A stretch of DNA of 64,000 nt from Phoronis australis (lineage: Eukaryota; Animalia; Phoronida): assembly GCA_002633005.1 (NCBI GenBank), contig NMRA01000025.1, positions 1,354,390-1,418,389 of the forward strand, read 5' to 3'. The notes under the pieces are model-generated. The model saw only the letters and a list, made by a program, of their open reading frames with translations, was not told the origin of the DNA and did no database searches. The first letter of the stretch is position 1, and the number at the start of each line of letters is the position of its first letter. The translations under genes were made by a program, and so were the position numbers. Shown here one piece after another: positions 38,701-50,194 of the stretch.

Positions 38701-41700
38701 TGTTTTGTATTTCTATCTTGCTACCTACAGCATTGATAGAGTAAAATAACTGTCTCGTGGCTAGAAAAATGCAGCCAAAATCACGTGCTCTCATGTAAAA
38801 TACAAGGCAATATTTCATACATTCTCACTAAGTCTTGCTTTTTAGCGAGAGTCTAGCGTAGTTCCTAGCGTTGCTGAATTTCACGCAGAGCTCAAACTCA
38901 TCACTTCCAAAAATACAAAAAGGTTTTGACGACTCTAAACAAACATTTTCCAAATGTACACTCCGGACTTGTCTTCAGAAAACTCCCGTAGTAACCCGAG
39001 ACTGACACAATAAATATTAATGAGATGACAACGTCATTCAACGCTCTGTTGTGGTAATGCCCTATCTCACAACAGGCATGACCTCTGACCTTCAAGCTCC
39101 GCCTCTCGACGTTCCCTCTCCTCAGCCTCCTGCATCTCCTGCATTTTCTTCTTGTAGGCGCTCGTCACAAACGCCTCTTTGTCGGCATACTTCTCACCCT
39201 CCTCCTCTCGTTCCTTCTGAACAGTTCGCTCTACTCTTCGTTCGTTCTCCTTCTTGCGTTTCTCCGCCGCTTTCAGGAGGCCAGCGATGTATTTGGGCTA
39301 CGAGAATAAAGAAATTTATTTAACAAAAAGATGAAGGTAAAGACTGGCTACAAAAAGTTGATGACATTTCTGTTTCTGTCAGTGAAATGGAAACATACCG
39401 ATTGAAGATATTAGTCATGAGAAAGGGTTTGTACTACCAAAATAGACAAAAGTATTTAAGGAGAGTAAATTTCATGGACAAACGTGCTAAAAGTAATCCA
39501 GCAAAATACGGTTCTCCACCACAACGGCCAATAAAGCAAACAGTGAAAATTACTCATCGACATCACTCTGGCAAATCCTAACATTTTTTCCTTGTTAACT
39601 TTCCGCTAAATTCCCGTCGTTCCAAAGACTGCATTCCGCTCAAGCTTCACAGAAATGACAGGAAATTCAAAACAATTTTATCTGAGTATGCTATAGCGTG
39701 AACTACACTGACCAAACACAACTGATTTGAAACAGAGATGGCAAAATGTGTTGCAGCAAATTCTTCATATACTACAATTTATGACTGCATCTTGGTAAAT
39801 ATTGCAGAAACAATTTAAAGGGAGACTGTCTCGACAAACCAATTAAAGATTTTTCCCCATATGGTACTTGCAATGACCTAAATATTTACCTTCTTATCCA
39901 CCTCTTTCTTAGCAGCAGGTTTGAACGACTCCTTCTTAGCCTGAATATCATCATATATCGAGTCGTACTCGTACACAGTCGGGTCATCACTCAGTGCTTT
40001 AGCCACCTCTAACTGTGTCTGCAATGAGCCAATCACAAGAATGAAAGAAGTGTATAAAGAACTTATTACAAACTTGCAGTTGTATACAATTTGACAGTCA
40101 GAAGCAGACTTCAGCTGTATGTTTTAAGTAATGTATTGTACTTCACAACATTGCCCTGCATCACAATGTACTTGGCAGCACTGAACTGCAGTGCACGTAC
40201 AGTGCACTATGAAACCCATTTCTCATTCCAGCAATTGGTCTGTACTGTACTGTACTGAACGGTACCATACCGTACTGTACTGTACTGAACTGTAATGCGT
40301 TTATAGTGCACTGTATAACCTAGGTCTCATTCCAAGAATTGGCCTGTACTGTGCTGTACTGAACTCTACTATAAAGCAACAACTATAAGGTCAAAAAGCA
40401 TAATTGGTTCTAATCACTGCTTCTTCGAAAATCAAGTCAGAGGTACAGATTCTCGTTTTTTCAAGAAAATCTATCAGAGATGAGCAAAAATGACACAAGA
40501 TAGCTTAAAGCAAATCAGGGCGTTTCAAACCTTGCTTCCCCTTGTTTACATGACTTTGTGCAATTTAATAACATGAAACCTCGACTAAAACTGATACAGC
40601 AGATATATTTTTAGTTGTTGAGTGCAAGTTTCAAAATGTGTTGAGGTAAAGACCAGAAGCAACTTTGCTTTTTTGGCCTAATGTACCGATTCTTACGCCA
40701 GGGATTGGTGAGCAGACGTCAGCGGTCTTAAATTTAATGATGAAAATGAAACTTTGACAGTATTGATTGCGAGAGACTAGTCTAACTCTGAGATGAAATA
40801 AACTTGTCTTATTTTGATAGCTCTTAATTAACAGAAGTCCGAGTTTTTCTAGTAACACAAAATATGCAGCTCAAACCCAACACTACTACCATAAGGCCAT
40901 TTGATTTACTTTCAAATAATAACAAGCAAAAGACCTTGAAAAAGACCAAATACTTTTGTGGCACAATTAATTTCCAACCAAGCCCTGATCCACTATTCAA
41001 ATAATGCTCATGCAAGAAAAAACAAATTCGAATTCATACTACAGTAGGGTATACCTCATTGCATAATCAGTACAACAGAGTACAGTACAACATAGCACTG
41101 TGCAGCTTGCCAGACAGACATCAAGCAGAGGTCCATCATAATTTGTCAATTAATTTGTACCTTTTAAAATTTGTATTTATAAAAATTTGCTATGATTACC
41201 ACAAGTCACTTTTCTTCTTCCAAGCTCCATGCCGATAAAACCAGTCTAATAATTCGCACAGCGCATATCAACCAAAACATTGCTTAGTAAAATCTTGGAC
41301 TTGTTACAACACAAGAAGCAAACGATCAGGCTTCCTCTAATCTTTTACGAAAATAAACTACCACAGTACAATGACACATCACTGAACTGAAAATCTCAAA
41401 AAAGCAAACAGCAACTATTGCCCACTTAGATCAGTTCACAACCTGTTTCCTCAAAGCAGTTTTCTTGGCCTGACTTGACAAAGATTTGTTCACCAAGGAG
41501 GCCCCATCTTCCTACAATAATTATACACCATCAATACATTAGTGATTTCTTTGTACACAACGGATGACAATGGATGAAATCAAGTCTATGGTTTATAGTA
41601 AACAAAAGAGAGAATATTTTTGCTCAAAGTAACTCTTCATTAATGGTGAACAGATTTATCTAGGCATTTACTATTGGTGTGAGAGGCACGTGTTAGAACG

Positions 41701-44700
41701 CTATTTAGACGTAAGTGGAAGATTTGCAATGAAATAGTGAATATCATCTCCATTATGTAAATTTTATTTTATACTTAACATTTAGACAAATGATAACTTT
41801 GATTTAATTCTTGGGAAATTAAAACATGCTGAAGACTCAATACACTTGGTATAGTTACAATTATAAGAACACAATCAGGTCCTTTCAACAAATATTCATT
41901 ATGAGAACACAATCAAGTCTTTTCAACAAATATTCATTATAAGAACACAGTCACGTCCTTTCAACAAATATTCATTATAAGAACACAGTCATGTCCTTTC
42001 AACATATATTCATTATAAGAACACAGTCACGTCCTTTCAACAAATATTCATTATAAGAACACAGTCATGTCCTTTCAACAAATATTCATTATAAGAACAC
42101 AGTCATGTCCTTTCAACATATATTCATTATAAGAACACAGTCATTTCCTTTCAACAAATATTCATTATAAACTCACACTCACTTCCTTCCAACAAATATT
42201 CATTACAAGAACACAATCACGTCCTCTCAACAAACATTCATAAGAGCACAGTCATGTCCTTTCAACAAATATTGATTTACTTTCTTCATTACCAAGTCCC
42301 GTCTCCAGATTTTTTTTAATGAAGTAAACAATTGTTTTTCAAATTTGTTTGGATTAACAAACCAGACAATATTAGCAAAACCACGAAGGAAGTGTTAACA
42401 TGACAGAACTGAAATATTTTAGTGGATGTAAACATGTCTATAATGAAATCAATAGAAGCCTACTGCTCAGAGGAAGTTCAGACAATTCAGGATACACAAC
42501 TGACCCCAGTATATGGAAGATTTATTACAAAATCCTTCTTTTATGTGCAAATAATACAAAAAACAAGCAAATTTCAATACAAATTGATGAATAGCTTCCT
42601 TCCTCGAAATGTCTGGGTATCTAAAATTACTTAATATGTTGATTCTGATTCCTGTAGTTTTTGTGACAATGAACGTGAGATGGTCGAACATTTATTTGTG
42701 CACTGTTATCTTACGCGTTCTTTTTGGCAAGATATTGAGAGCCTGTTGTCAGCAAAGATTGACTCCGAACTTGATTTAGAATGAAATACCATGCTTTTTG
42801 GAATCCCTTTTAAAAAAGAAAACAAGGTACTCAATTGGATACAAATATTACTTTTACATTACAAAGATTAAAAAATTTAATGTTTTTAATAATTATTTGG
42901 CAATAAATTTTAATACTGAAAAGTCTGTTTTAAAGTACAGTGATCTCAGATGGGTACAACTGCAAGAGTTTTGGATACCAGGGGAGTCCTAAAGTTTTCA
43001 CTCTCTTACAATTACTCAATAACTAGACTAGGGTCACCTGCACAGGTTAAATGGTGCACGAATCTGGTTTAGCACTTTCATTGATAATATTATTAATTTC
43101 CAATGTTGTGTTTGAAGAATAAATAGCTTAAATGGAAAAAAGTTAAACAAAATGCGTTTAACCTCCAAAGTATTTCTCAAAGCATATCCTCAAGTGGGCA
43201 TTCTTAACACTCTTACCTCATCACTATCATCACCAAACACAGACAACTTTTGTAGAGGCTTCTTTTGGACACCCGATGACTTGCCTGCTGGGATTATCAA
43301 ACCGTATCTGAAAAAGTGTACAAAAAAATCATGCTTGTTCAGGATTGAATCAAAGTGCCATACTTCAACATTTAAAGCATAGTTTTCATATTAAAAAGGA
43401 TGTATGGAGTTTAATTATTAGACCCACTCATTCCTCCGACTGAGTTAACCACGAACAAATGAGGGCGATCATTCTCATTTATAAGCTGCATCACAACACC
43501 GCATCCTTAAAATTGATTTCAAAATCTAAATGCCATACCTAATTTTCACTTCTCAATGTCATTTCAATTGTTTTATTCACTATACATATGAACGGTGAAT
43601 ATTTTGCCACTAGAATTTTAAACAGAACTACCCGACAGGTTAAATAGGTTTCAACAGCGAATTCTGAAAATGAGTGGGGGTGGGGCGCTTATAGGGGCAT
43701 GGGAACTTATTAGGACGAATGTTATTATTTATAAAATAATTTTGGCTAAAATGACATTGTACATTATAATAAGAAATCAGTTCCAAGAAATATGGTATTT
43801 CACTTGCTGTAAGCACATGGGCCTGTCTTCCCCTTTCCCCCCCTTCTCTTCGTTTCGGACTAGTCCACAAATTCCTTTGTGCACGACCACACTCTGTGAT
43901 CTTTTGTCTAGATGAATCGCGGAATGGGTGACATCCACTGAATCGGTAGGATCGCACTGTGCCAGTGTTTTTTACTGCCGTAGCATCGACACGCTGACCA
44001 AACTGAACCTTAAATTCATGATAAAAACAGCACAAGGAGCAAAAAATTTATTCATGTTCATCTGGGAAACGATATAGTGCTTTTGCGCTCTGAAAATTCG
44101 CTCGCCACCTGGGCGACCGGCAAGTCAACTTCTACTCGCCCAGCACCATTTTTACATGCATTTTTTATTGTGTCGACTGGGCGAGTGGCTAAGTACCGTC
44201 AGAGGTCCTCAAGTCATGAGTGCCCTAAAGTCGTGAACAATCTTATTTCCTCTTCTGCGCAGTCCTGCGACATCTGGCGTTGAAGTTTCCAGCGTTCGTC
44301 TGCTTACGAACGTCAAACAAATACCCGGACGTGTTCGTATTCACAATATGATAACAAACAGTGAGTGAGTGGCTTCTTTTTTCAAATGTATCTTAAAAAC
44401 AGCATCTTTAACTAATTCACTTTTTTGGGCATTTTTGGGATATATTTTCAAAAATATTTATTGTTCAGATTTACTCAAACACGCGCTCCAGGCGTGGCTT
44501 GAACAATGTATCAAAATGTCCCAGGGTCGATCAAGTTTTGTAAGGCCAAAACAATAAAATACAGAGCGATAACTGATGCTGGGTTCTTAGCGTTTTACGT
44601 GAACAACCTCATTGAAAACATCTGTGCACATCAAAGTTGGGTGCAAAATTTATAACAATTTAGTTCAATTGAAACTGAATTAATAAACAATGCAATGCAT

Positions 44701-46995
44701 TTTTATGTCATCTAGAGTAACTGTAAGCACTGTAGTTGACTTGTGTGGTCATACTTCGTGCATTTCCGTCTAAAAGAAACGTTCACGACTTTAGGGCCTC
44801 ATTCAAACACCGGCAATATCAGCAACAGTTTTAAAACTCTGCTTACGGATACAAACAAGGACTAAGATTGTCAAAACACGTATATATTTGTGAAGGCTGA
44901 TATATGTCCATGACATCACATGAGCAGTTGAAAACGGGCACTGGGTAGTATGACAATCAACTGCTTATTTAGGCAATGACAATCGCCTCTGTTGGCCCGA
45001 AGCAGAGGCGATGCAGAGGCTATAGGCGCTCTGTACGCCGGAAGCTTTTCGGCGAATTATGCCTCGCACCGACTAAACCATCAAAGTCACGTTTTTATAA
45101 ATTCCTTTTGCGCATAGAGGAACACCTTAGGAGGTTGTCGATGTGTTTACTTCCTTCCAACTCAAACAAATACTCCCGTTATGAAACTTTTTCTTCGAGC
45201 AGTCCCTATTTCAGTTCGCAAAATCGTGAAATCAACTTTTTCATTTTTTTAATCAGGCCGAAGATCAGAAGTTGCGGACCTAACGGCGAACTTTGAAAGC
45301 TGAAGATCCCGCCCTTCGCATACGTGCTGCCGGGAACCAGCCGTGCATTTGCCGTGTTGTTAAATGTGTGCACAAAGACTATTAAATGTCATATCAACAG
45401 CATTTATTTTTATCAAATACAAACAATGATTCATTGAAATACAATCAGTTTCAAGTAACGCCAATTAAAGACAAGTATAAGTGGTGGCATTTTGGAAACG
45501 AACATTTGACTGACAAGACCGCAATGGCTCACCTTTGGCCTATTTAAAGATTGAGGTCATGAATTGGAGCGTGCGCAGTATAAAAATGGTGAGTTCACGA
45601 TTTTGGGAACTGAAATAGGGACTGCTCGAAGAAAAAGTTTCATAATGGGAGTATTTGTTCGAGTTGGAAGGAATTAAACACATCGACAACCTCCTAAGGT
45701 GTTCCTCTATGCGCAAAAGGTATTTGTAACAACGTGACTTTGATGGTTTAGTCGGTGCGAGGCATAATTCGCCGAAAAGCTTCCGGCGTACAGAGCGCCT
45801 ATAGCCTCTACATCGCCTCTGCTTCGGGCCAACAGAGGCGATGGTCATTGCCTACTGAGGGCGTTGATGTGTTTAATTCCTTCCAACTCGAACAAATACT
45901 CCCGTTATGAAACTTTTTCTTCGAGCAGTCCCTATTTCAGTTCCCAAAATCGTGAACTCAACTTTTTTATACTGCGCACGCTCCAATTCATGACCTCAAT
46001 CTTTAAATAGGCCAAAGGTGAGCCATTGCGGTCTTGGCAGTCAAATGTTCGTTTCCAAAATGCCACCACTTATACTTGTCTTTAATTGGCGTTACTTGAA
46101 ACTGATTGTATTTCAATGAATCATTGTTTGTATTTGATAAAAACAAATGCTGTTGATATGACATTTAATAGTCTTTTTGCACATATTTGACATTTTAATG
46201 TTTAACAACACGGCAAATGCACGACTGGTTCCCGGCAGCACGTACGCGAAGGGCGGGAACTTCAGCTTTCAAAGTTCGCCGGTAGGTCCGCAACTTCTGA
46301 CCTTCGGCCTGGTTAAAAAAAAATGAAAAAGTTGAGTTCACGATTTTGGGAACTGAAATCGAGACTGCTCGAAGAAAAAGTTTCATAACGGGAGTATTTG
46401 TTCGAGTTGGAAGTAATTAAACACATCGACAACCTCGTAAGCCGTAAGGTGTCCCTCTATGCGCAAAAGGTATTTATAACAACGTGACTTTGATGGTTTA
46501 GTCGGTGCGAGGCATAATTCGCCGAAAAGCTTCCGGCGTACAGAGCGCCTATAGCCTCTACATCGCCTCTGCTTCGGGCCAACAGAGGCGATGGTCATTG
46601 CCTACCTCCTCAGGTGTTCCTCTATGCGCAAAAGGTATTTATAAAAACGTGACTTTGATGGTTTAGTCGGTGCAAGGCATAATTCGCCGAAAAGCTTCCG
46701 GCGTACAGAGCGCCTATAGCCTCTGCATCGCCTCTGCTTCCGAACCAACAGAGGCGATGGTCATTGCCTACTGCTTATTATGCTTATATTCACGACTTTA
46801 GGTCACCAGTGTAAACATCCCTGCTGATTGCATGAACAGGTCTGAGCCAACTAGAAAAGAAATACAGTAAAAGTGCACGTAAGGGACGATCAACGTAAAT
46901 ATGATAACGAGAAACTGCGAATTCGAACCAAATAACAACAAACAAACTCCAGACTGAGAAAAGTATAGTATTACATACTTCTTGGTGGCCGCCAT
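35206..46995 (-). CDS. NSRP1: Nuclear speckle splicing regulatory protein 1 (CCDC55); complement(join(35206..35776,37601..37748,39090..39297,39890..40018,41443..41511,43217..43307,46979..46995)); 1233 nt, 410 aa
   Basis: All six introns are GT-AG with matching phases. The protein reads MAATKKYGLIIP...SVFGDDSDE...ALSDDPTVYEYDSIYDDIQ...KPKYIAGLLKAAEKRKKE...DKEAFVTSAYKKK...DVTKQSDMSGFYRHILDQ...KFARRNVGETLNDARARFLARK, carrying the characteristic NSRP1 motifs. Confidence 0.95.
37601..37748 (-). CDS. NSRP1: NSRP1 exon 6 (DVTKQSDMSGFYRHILDQ)
   Basis: cctttag acceptor, gtaagt donor, 148 nt. Confidence 0.94.
39090..39297 (-). CDS. NSRP1: NSRP1 exon 5 (coiled coil PKYIAGLLKAAE...AFVTSAYKKK)
   Basis: ctcgtag acceptor, gtcaga donor, 208 nt, conserved motifs. 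Confidence 0.95.
39890..40018 (-). CDS. NSRP1: NSRP1 exon 4 (TQLEVAKALSDDPTVYEYDSIYDDIQ...DKK)
   Basis: ttgcag acceptor, gtaaat donor, hallmark VYEYDSIYD motif. Confidence 0.95.
40178..40370. repeat. Degenerate (ACTGT)n pentanucleotide tract with an internal ~100-bp duplication
   Basis: Runs of tgtactgtactgtactgaac; tctcattcca..aattgg.ctgtactgt occurs twice. Confidence 0.6.
41443..41511 (-). CDS. NSRP1: NSRP1 exon 3 (EDGASLVNKSLSSQAKKTALRKQ)
   Basis: ttgtag acceptor, gttgtg donor, 69 nt, phase 0/0. Confidence 0.85.
41861..42272. repeat. 38-bp minisatellite, ~11 copies (TATAAGAACACAGTCATGTCCTTTCAACAAATATTCAT)
   Basis: Directly visible tandem array in NSRP1 intron 2. Confidence 0.95.
42300..42990 (+). 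mobile_element. LINE (L1/Tx1-like) ORF2 3' relic
   Basis: FQYKLMNSFLPRNVW...DSCSFCDNEREMVEHLFVHCYLTRSFWQDIE matches the zf-RVT CCHC motif; it carries stops and frameshifts. Boundaries are approximate. Confidence 0.75.
43217..43307 (-). CDS. NSRP1: NSRP1 exon 2 (YGLIIPAGKSSGVQKKPLQKLSVFGDDSDE)
   Basis: tttttcag acceptor, gtaaga donor, conserved YGL and SVFG.DSD motifs. Confidence 0.92.
44970..46770. mobile_element. Composite Mutator-like (long-TIR, 9-bp TSD) non-autonomous element in NSRP1 intron 1
   Basis: Perfect TSD CTGCTTATT at 44961-44969 and 46771-46779, with termini TAGGCAATGAC...GTCATTGCCTA and ~265-bp TIRs. It consists of a full unit (44970-45854), an inverted partial unit (45855-46604) and an outer TIR piece (46605-46770). 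Confidence 0.88.
46979..46995 (-). CDS. NSRP1: NSRP1 exon 1, coding part (MAATKK)
   Basis: aatATGGCGGCCACCAAGAA|gtatgt; phase 2 fits exon 2 (AA+A, then YGLIIP). Confidence 0.85.
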
Positions 46996-47119
46996 ATTGA
47001 ATGGTTTTTGCGCCACCTCTCGATAAAATTCAATGGTTTTCAAATGACTCATGGTGACGCTAGCAGAAACCGTCTTTGGTGACAGTGTTCAAAATGACTC
47101 ATGGTGACAGTGTTCAGTG

Positions 47120-47567
47120 CCCGGTTGCAAGAAACAGTCCCAAATAGAAACACAACTAACTTCCCTGAATCTACTGCGTGCTTGTGGGTCTCTGAAAACG
47201 CCTGATTGTCCTGTCTTTCTGTTCGAGTCTCGTTACTACAATTAATGTTTGGCTTTAATACACATCGAGAGTAACCTTAACGTCACGTAATTTCTCAATA
47301 TCCATTGAAAATAAGTTGGAATCTTTTCATGCAACGCCCCTAATTAAAGGAGTTAGTCTGAATTAGCCTAAGGGGTCAGTTTTTATTTATATCATTTTAA
47401 AAAATGCTATCATAGTTAAAGAATAGCTCGCAATAAAGACAAATGTGCCAGTCCTAAAGATTGAAAAACATACGAAAAAAAAGTTTAAAGAACTTACTTG
47501 AGTCCCTATTTGTGACTGCTTCATGCAACCATAGATATTAGTATCTATAGTCTATGATGCAACTGGG
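47120..47567. mobile_element. PIF/Harbinger-like MITE immediately upstream of NSRP1
   Basis: TIR CCCGGTTGCA.GAAACAGTCCCAAATAG..AC.CAACTAA; a second copy lies in the opposite orientation at 49567-49987. Confidence 0.6.
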
Positions 47568-49566
47568 TAGTGGATTTCCGGCAAAATGTATTCACAATTC
47601 AAAAGTGTCCATTGTTTGTTCGATTAGGAACAACATTTTTTGGTTTAAATTCATAAATATTTGATTAAAAAATAATGTTAAAACATCTTTAAAGCAAGTG
47701 TTTAGCTGAATCAGGGCTACTACTGAAAAACGAAAACCGACGATTGGGCCTTCAAATTGTTCTCATAATATTCCTTACGATGATAGGATTTCACTCCTTT
47801 TACAATTTAAGCCACATGTAACGAAGGTCGCGTACACGCATTCGAATTTTATGAAGGCGTATGTGCATTCAAATTTTAGGCCGGGTTGGCGAACCACAAT
47901 TAAAACTCATTTCTTGTCGGAGTCCTCGCACAGTTTCGATGGTGTCTCATTGGTAACGAAAGGGATTTCCACGTCAAAGAATATTACGAGACCCGTTCTA
48001 TGACTGAGAGAAACTGAAAGGCGCAATTCGATTTTCGTTTTAGTCAGCTAACCAGGGTGAAATACTAAAGGACTCATAGCGGATATGACGTGGCGTGGGC
48101 AGACTTTGGCCAAACCGAGAAGGCGCTGTAAGAGGCACTCCAGCCTCGCTGGTTCCCAACGTGCCTAACCAGCTGGCTACTGACTAGCTAGCGGCACGCA
48201 AGGAACCAGCCAGGCACTCGAGCGAGACGGTCTGAGCGATACCTTATGTGCCTTACTTGTACATGGCAGGTTAGAACAACAAGCGAATGTCACCCATCAA
48301 CAGACACAGTGAAATACGGTTCATTAAAAATCTTACTCAGAACAATCAATGTAGCAGAGATGTTGTAGAGCCGGGAAAGAGAATCGTAATAATTAAATAT
48401 TTTGTATGTTTTCATTATATTGTATTTTCATTGAAGTCCATTTCCGCTTCTACATATAAATGAAACGACAAAACAAAAAATAGCACGATATCATGGAACG
48501 CAAGTACGATTTATTGTCTATCATTGCGATCGAACAGAGTAATATATAAACGGACGAAGAAACGACGAAACCTTGAAAAAATAGCACGATATTATGGAAC
48601 GTTGAGTGCGATTTCTTGTCATTCATTGAGATCGAAACATTTTAAAGTAGGCCTACAGAGTAACATAGAAACTGAGGCTTTTCCCTCCATGGGAGTACCC
48701 CGTCTCTGGAGAATATGTGATGCAAAAAACGGGAGGGTAATGACGGCTTACAAAATCGTTGTCCTAGACAGGGCCACGCAGTGGTAGTTGACAAACGTTT
48801 TCTTACACTCAGTATTTCTCCATGTTACATGTTTCGTTGTTTTTCTTTTCTCGGCTGTACTTGACCCTATAGTAGACCTATAAGCTTTTCGCTGCAAGGT
48901 TGCTTGCTAACTCATATAACTTCACCACCATTTTCCGAAAAATACCCCACGTAAAATGTGGTCAACGAATCCATCCAATGATGTAAGAAGAAAAGTACGG
49001 ATCGCTTCTTACTTTGAACTTGGTCTGAACAAATAGCAAATTGTCGTTCTTACAAAATCCTGAACTCAACTCCAATTCGACTGGGGATAGTTGTAAAACC
49101 AACGGTACCAATCTAAAGTTGCTTTTATTAAGGACGGTGGGTTTATAGTCGCCTTCAGCTTGTTCAAGTTATCTGTGTCACTATAGTAATCCTAATTGCA
49201 TCAAGTAGGCTACAACTTGCCAGTTTTAACGAAACCCAGAGCAACAAAGAAACCAGTTTCTCACAGTTAATTAAAGAGGAGGGCCGGGCTTTAAGGTGGC
49301 CAACCCGGGTAGATATGATCCAAATCAGCCCACATGCCTAGTCCGCCAGCCTGCGTTGGAAACGGTCTCCGGTTATATGTAACCCACCACTTTTGATGCG
49401 TTATTAAATGAGTTAATCCATATTACCTAACACGTACAGTAACCTGGGCCCAATTGTATAACAGCAATGACGTTGCATTATCACGCGCCAAGTTGTACTT
49501 TGAATAATACACCTGAGGCCACGTTACAATCAAAGTTATTCGGCGTAAAATTTTGAAGTGTTTTAT

Positions 49567-49987
49567 GGCCGGTAGCATGAAACAGTCACAAATAAGGACT
49601 CAACTAAGGTTCAGAAGTATTTATGCATATTTGTGTCTTCATGGACTCACAGATGCAATATTTTTCTATCATTTCATCTTTATTATGAGCTCCTTTGATT
49701 AATGACATTTTCTGATAATATAACTTAAAACTGTGCCCAGAGTTCATTGAAAACAAACAGGGACTCAATCCTTAAATAGGGGATGTTGCATGAAAAGATC
49801 CCTTCGACAACATTGACAATTCAGCGTAGAGTTTACTCTCGATTTGTATCAAAGTCAAAGTTGAGTTAGTAATGAAACTAAAACAATACCAGAAAGGCCA
49901 ATCGATATTTTCACAAGTCCAAAAATACACAGTAAATTTAAAGAACTTAGTTGAGTCCCTATTTGGGACTGTTTCATGTAATCGGGG
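49567..49987. mobile_element. Second copy of the Harbinger-like MITE
   Basis: CATGAAACAGTCACAAATAAGGACTCAACTAAG / CTTAGTTGAGTCCCTATTTGGGACTGTTTCATG inverted repeats. Confidence 0.65.
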
Positions 49988-50069
49988 AATGCAACCCAGA
50001 CCTGGTATACTAGGAATGGATGCTGTTCTAAAGTACGTATATCCCCACAAAATGCTGTCAAGTGGATTN

Positions 50070-50194
50070 GGGGGGGCTATAACCACATCACTTTTTCAGT
50101 GCTACATCGATCGCCCATGGTCTGTGGGCGCTGCCCAACAGGGTAGTTGGTGGCTATAGGGGCCTTCCACTTTTATAGTGCTGCGCCGCCCATG
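50070..50194 (+). mobile_element. Dimeric MITE family, copy 2 (partial, next to an N)
   Basis: ggggctata...ttttcagtgct..cgcccatggtct...tgctgcgccgcccatg. Confidence 0.6.

Noticed and set aside
44976-46598. Three similar ORFs starting [12 protein letters not shown]
   Set aside because: They are translations of the repeated TIR and carry no transposase motifs.
43308-46978. Intronic miRNA analogous to mammalian miR-423 in NSRP1 intron 1
   Set aside because: No recognisable mature sequence is present, and the hairpins here are transposon TIRs.
47498-47524. Alternative NSRP1 coding exon 1 (MKQSQIGTQ|gtaagt)
   Set aside because: It is phase 0 whereas exon 2 needs phase 2, and it lies in a MITE TIR. 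Exon 46979-46995 fits both phase and homology.
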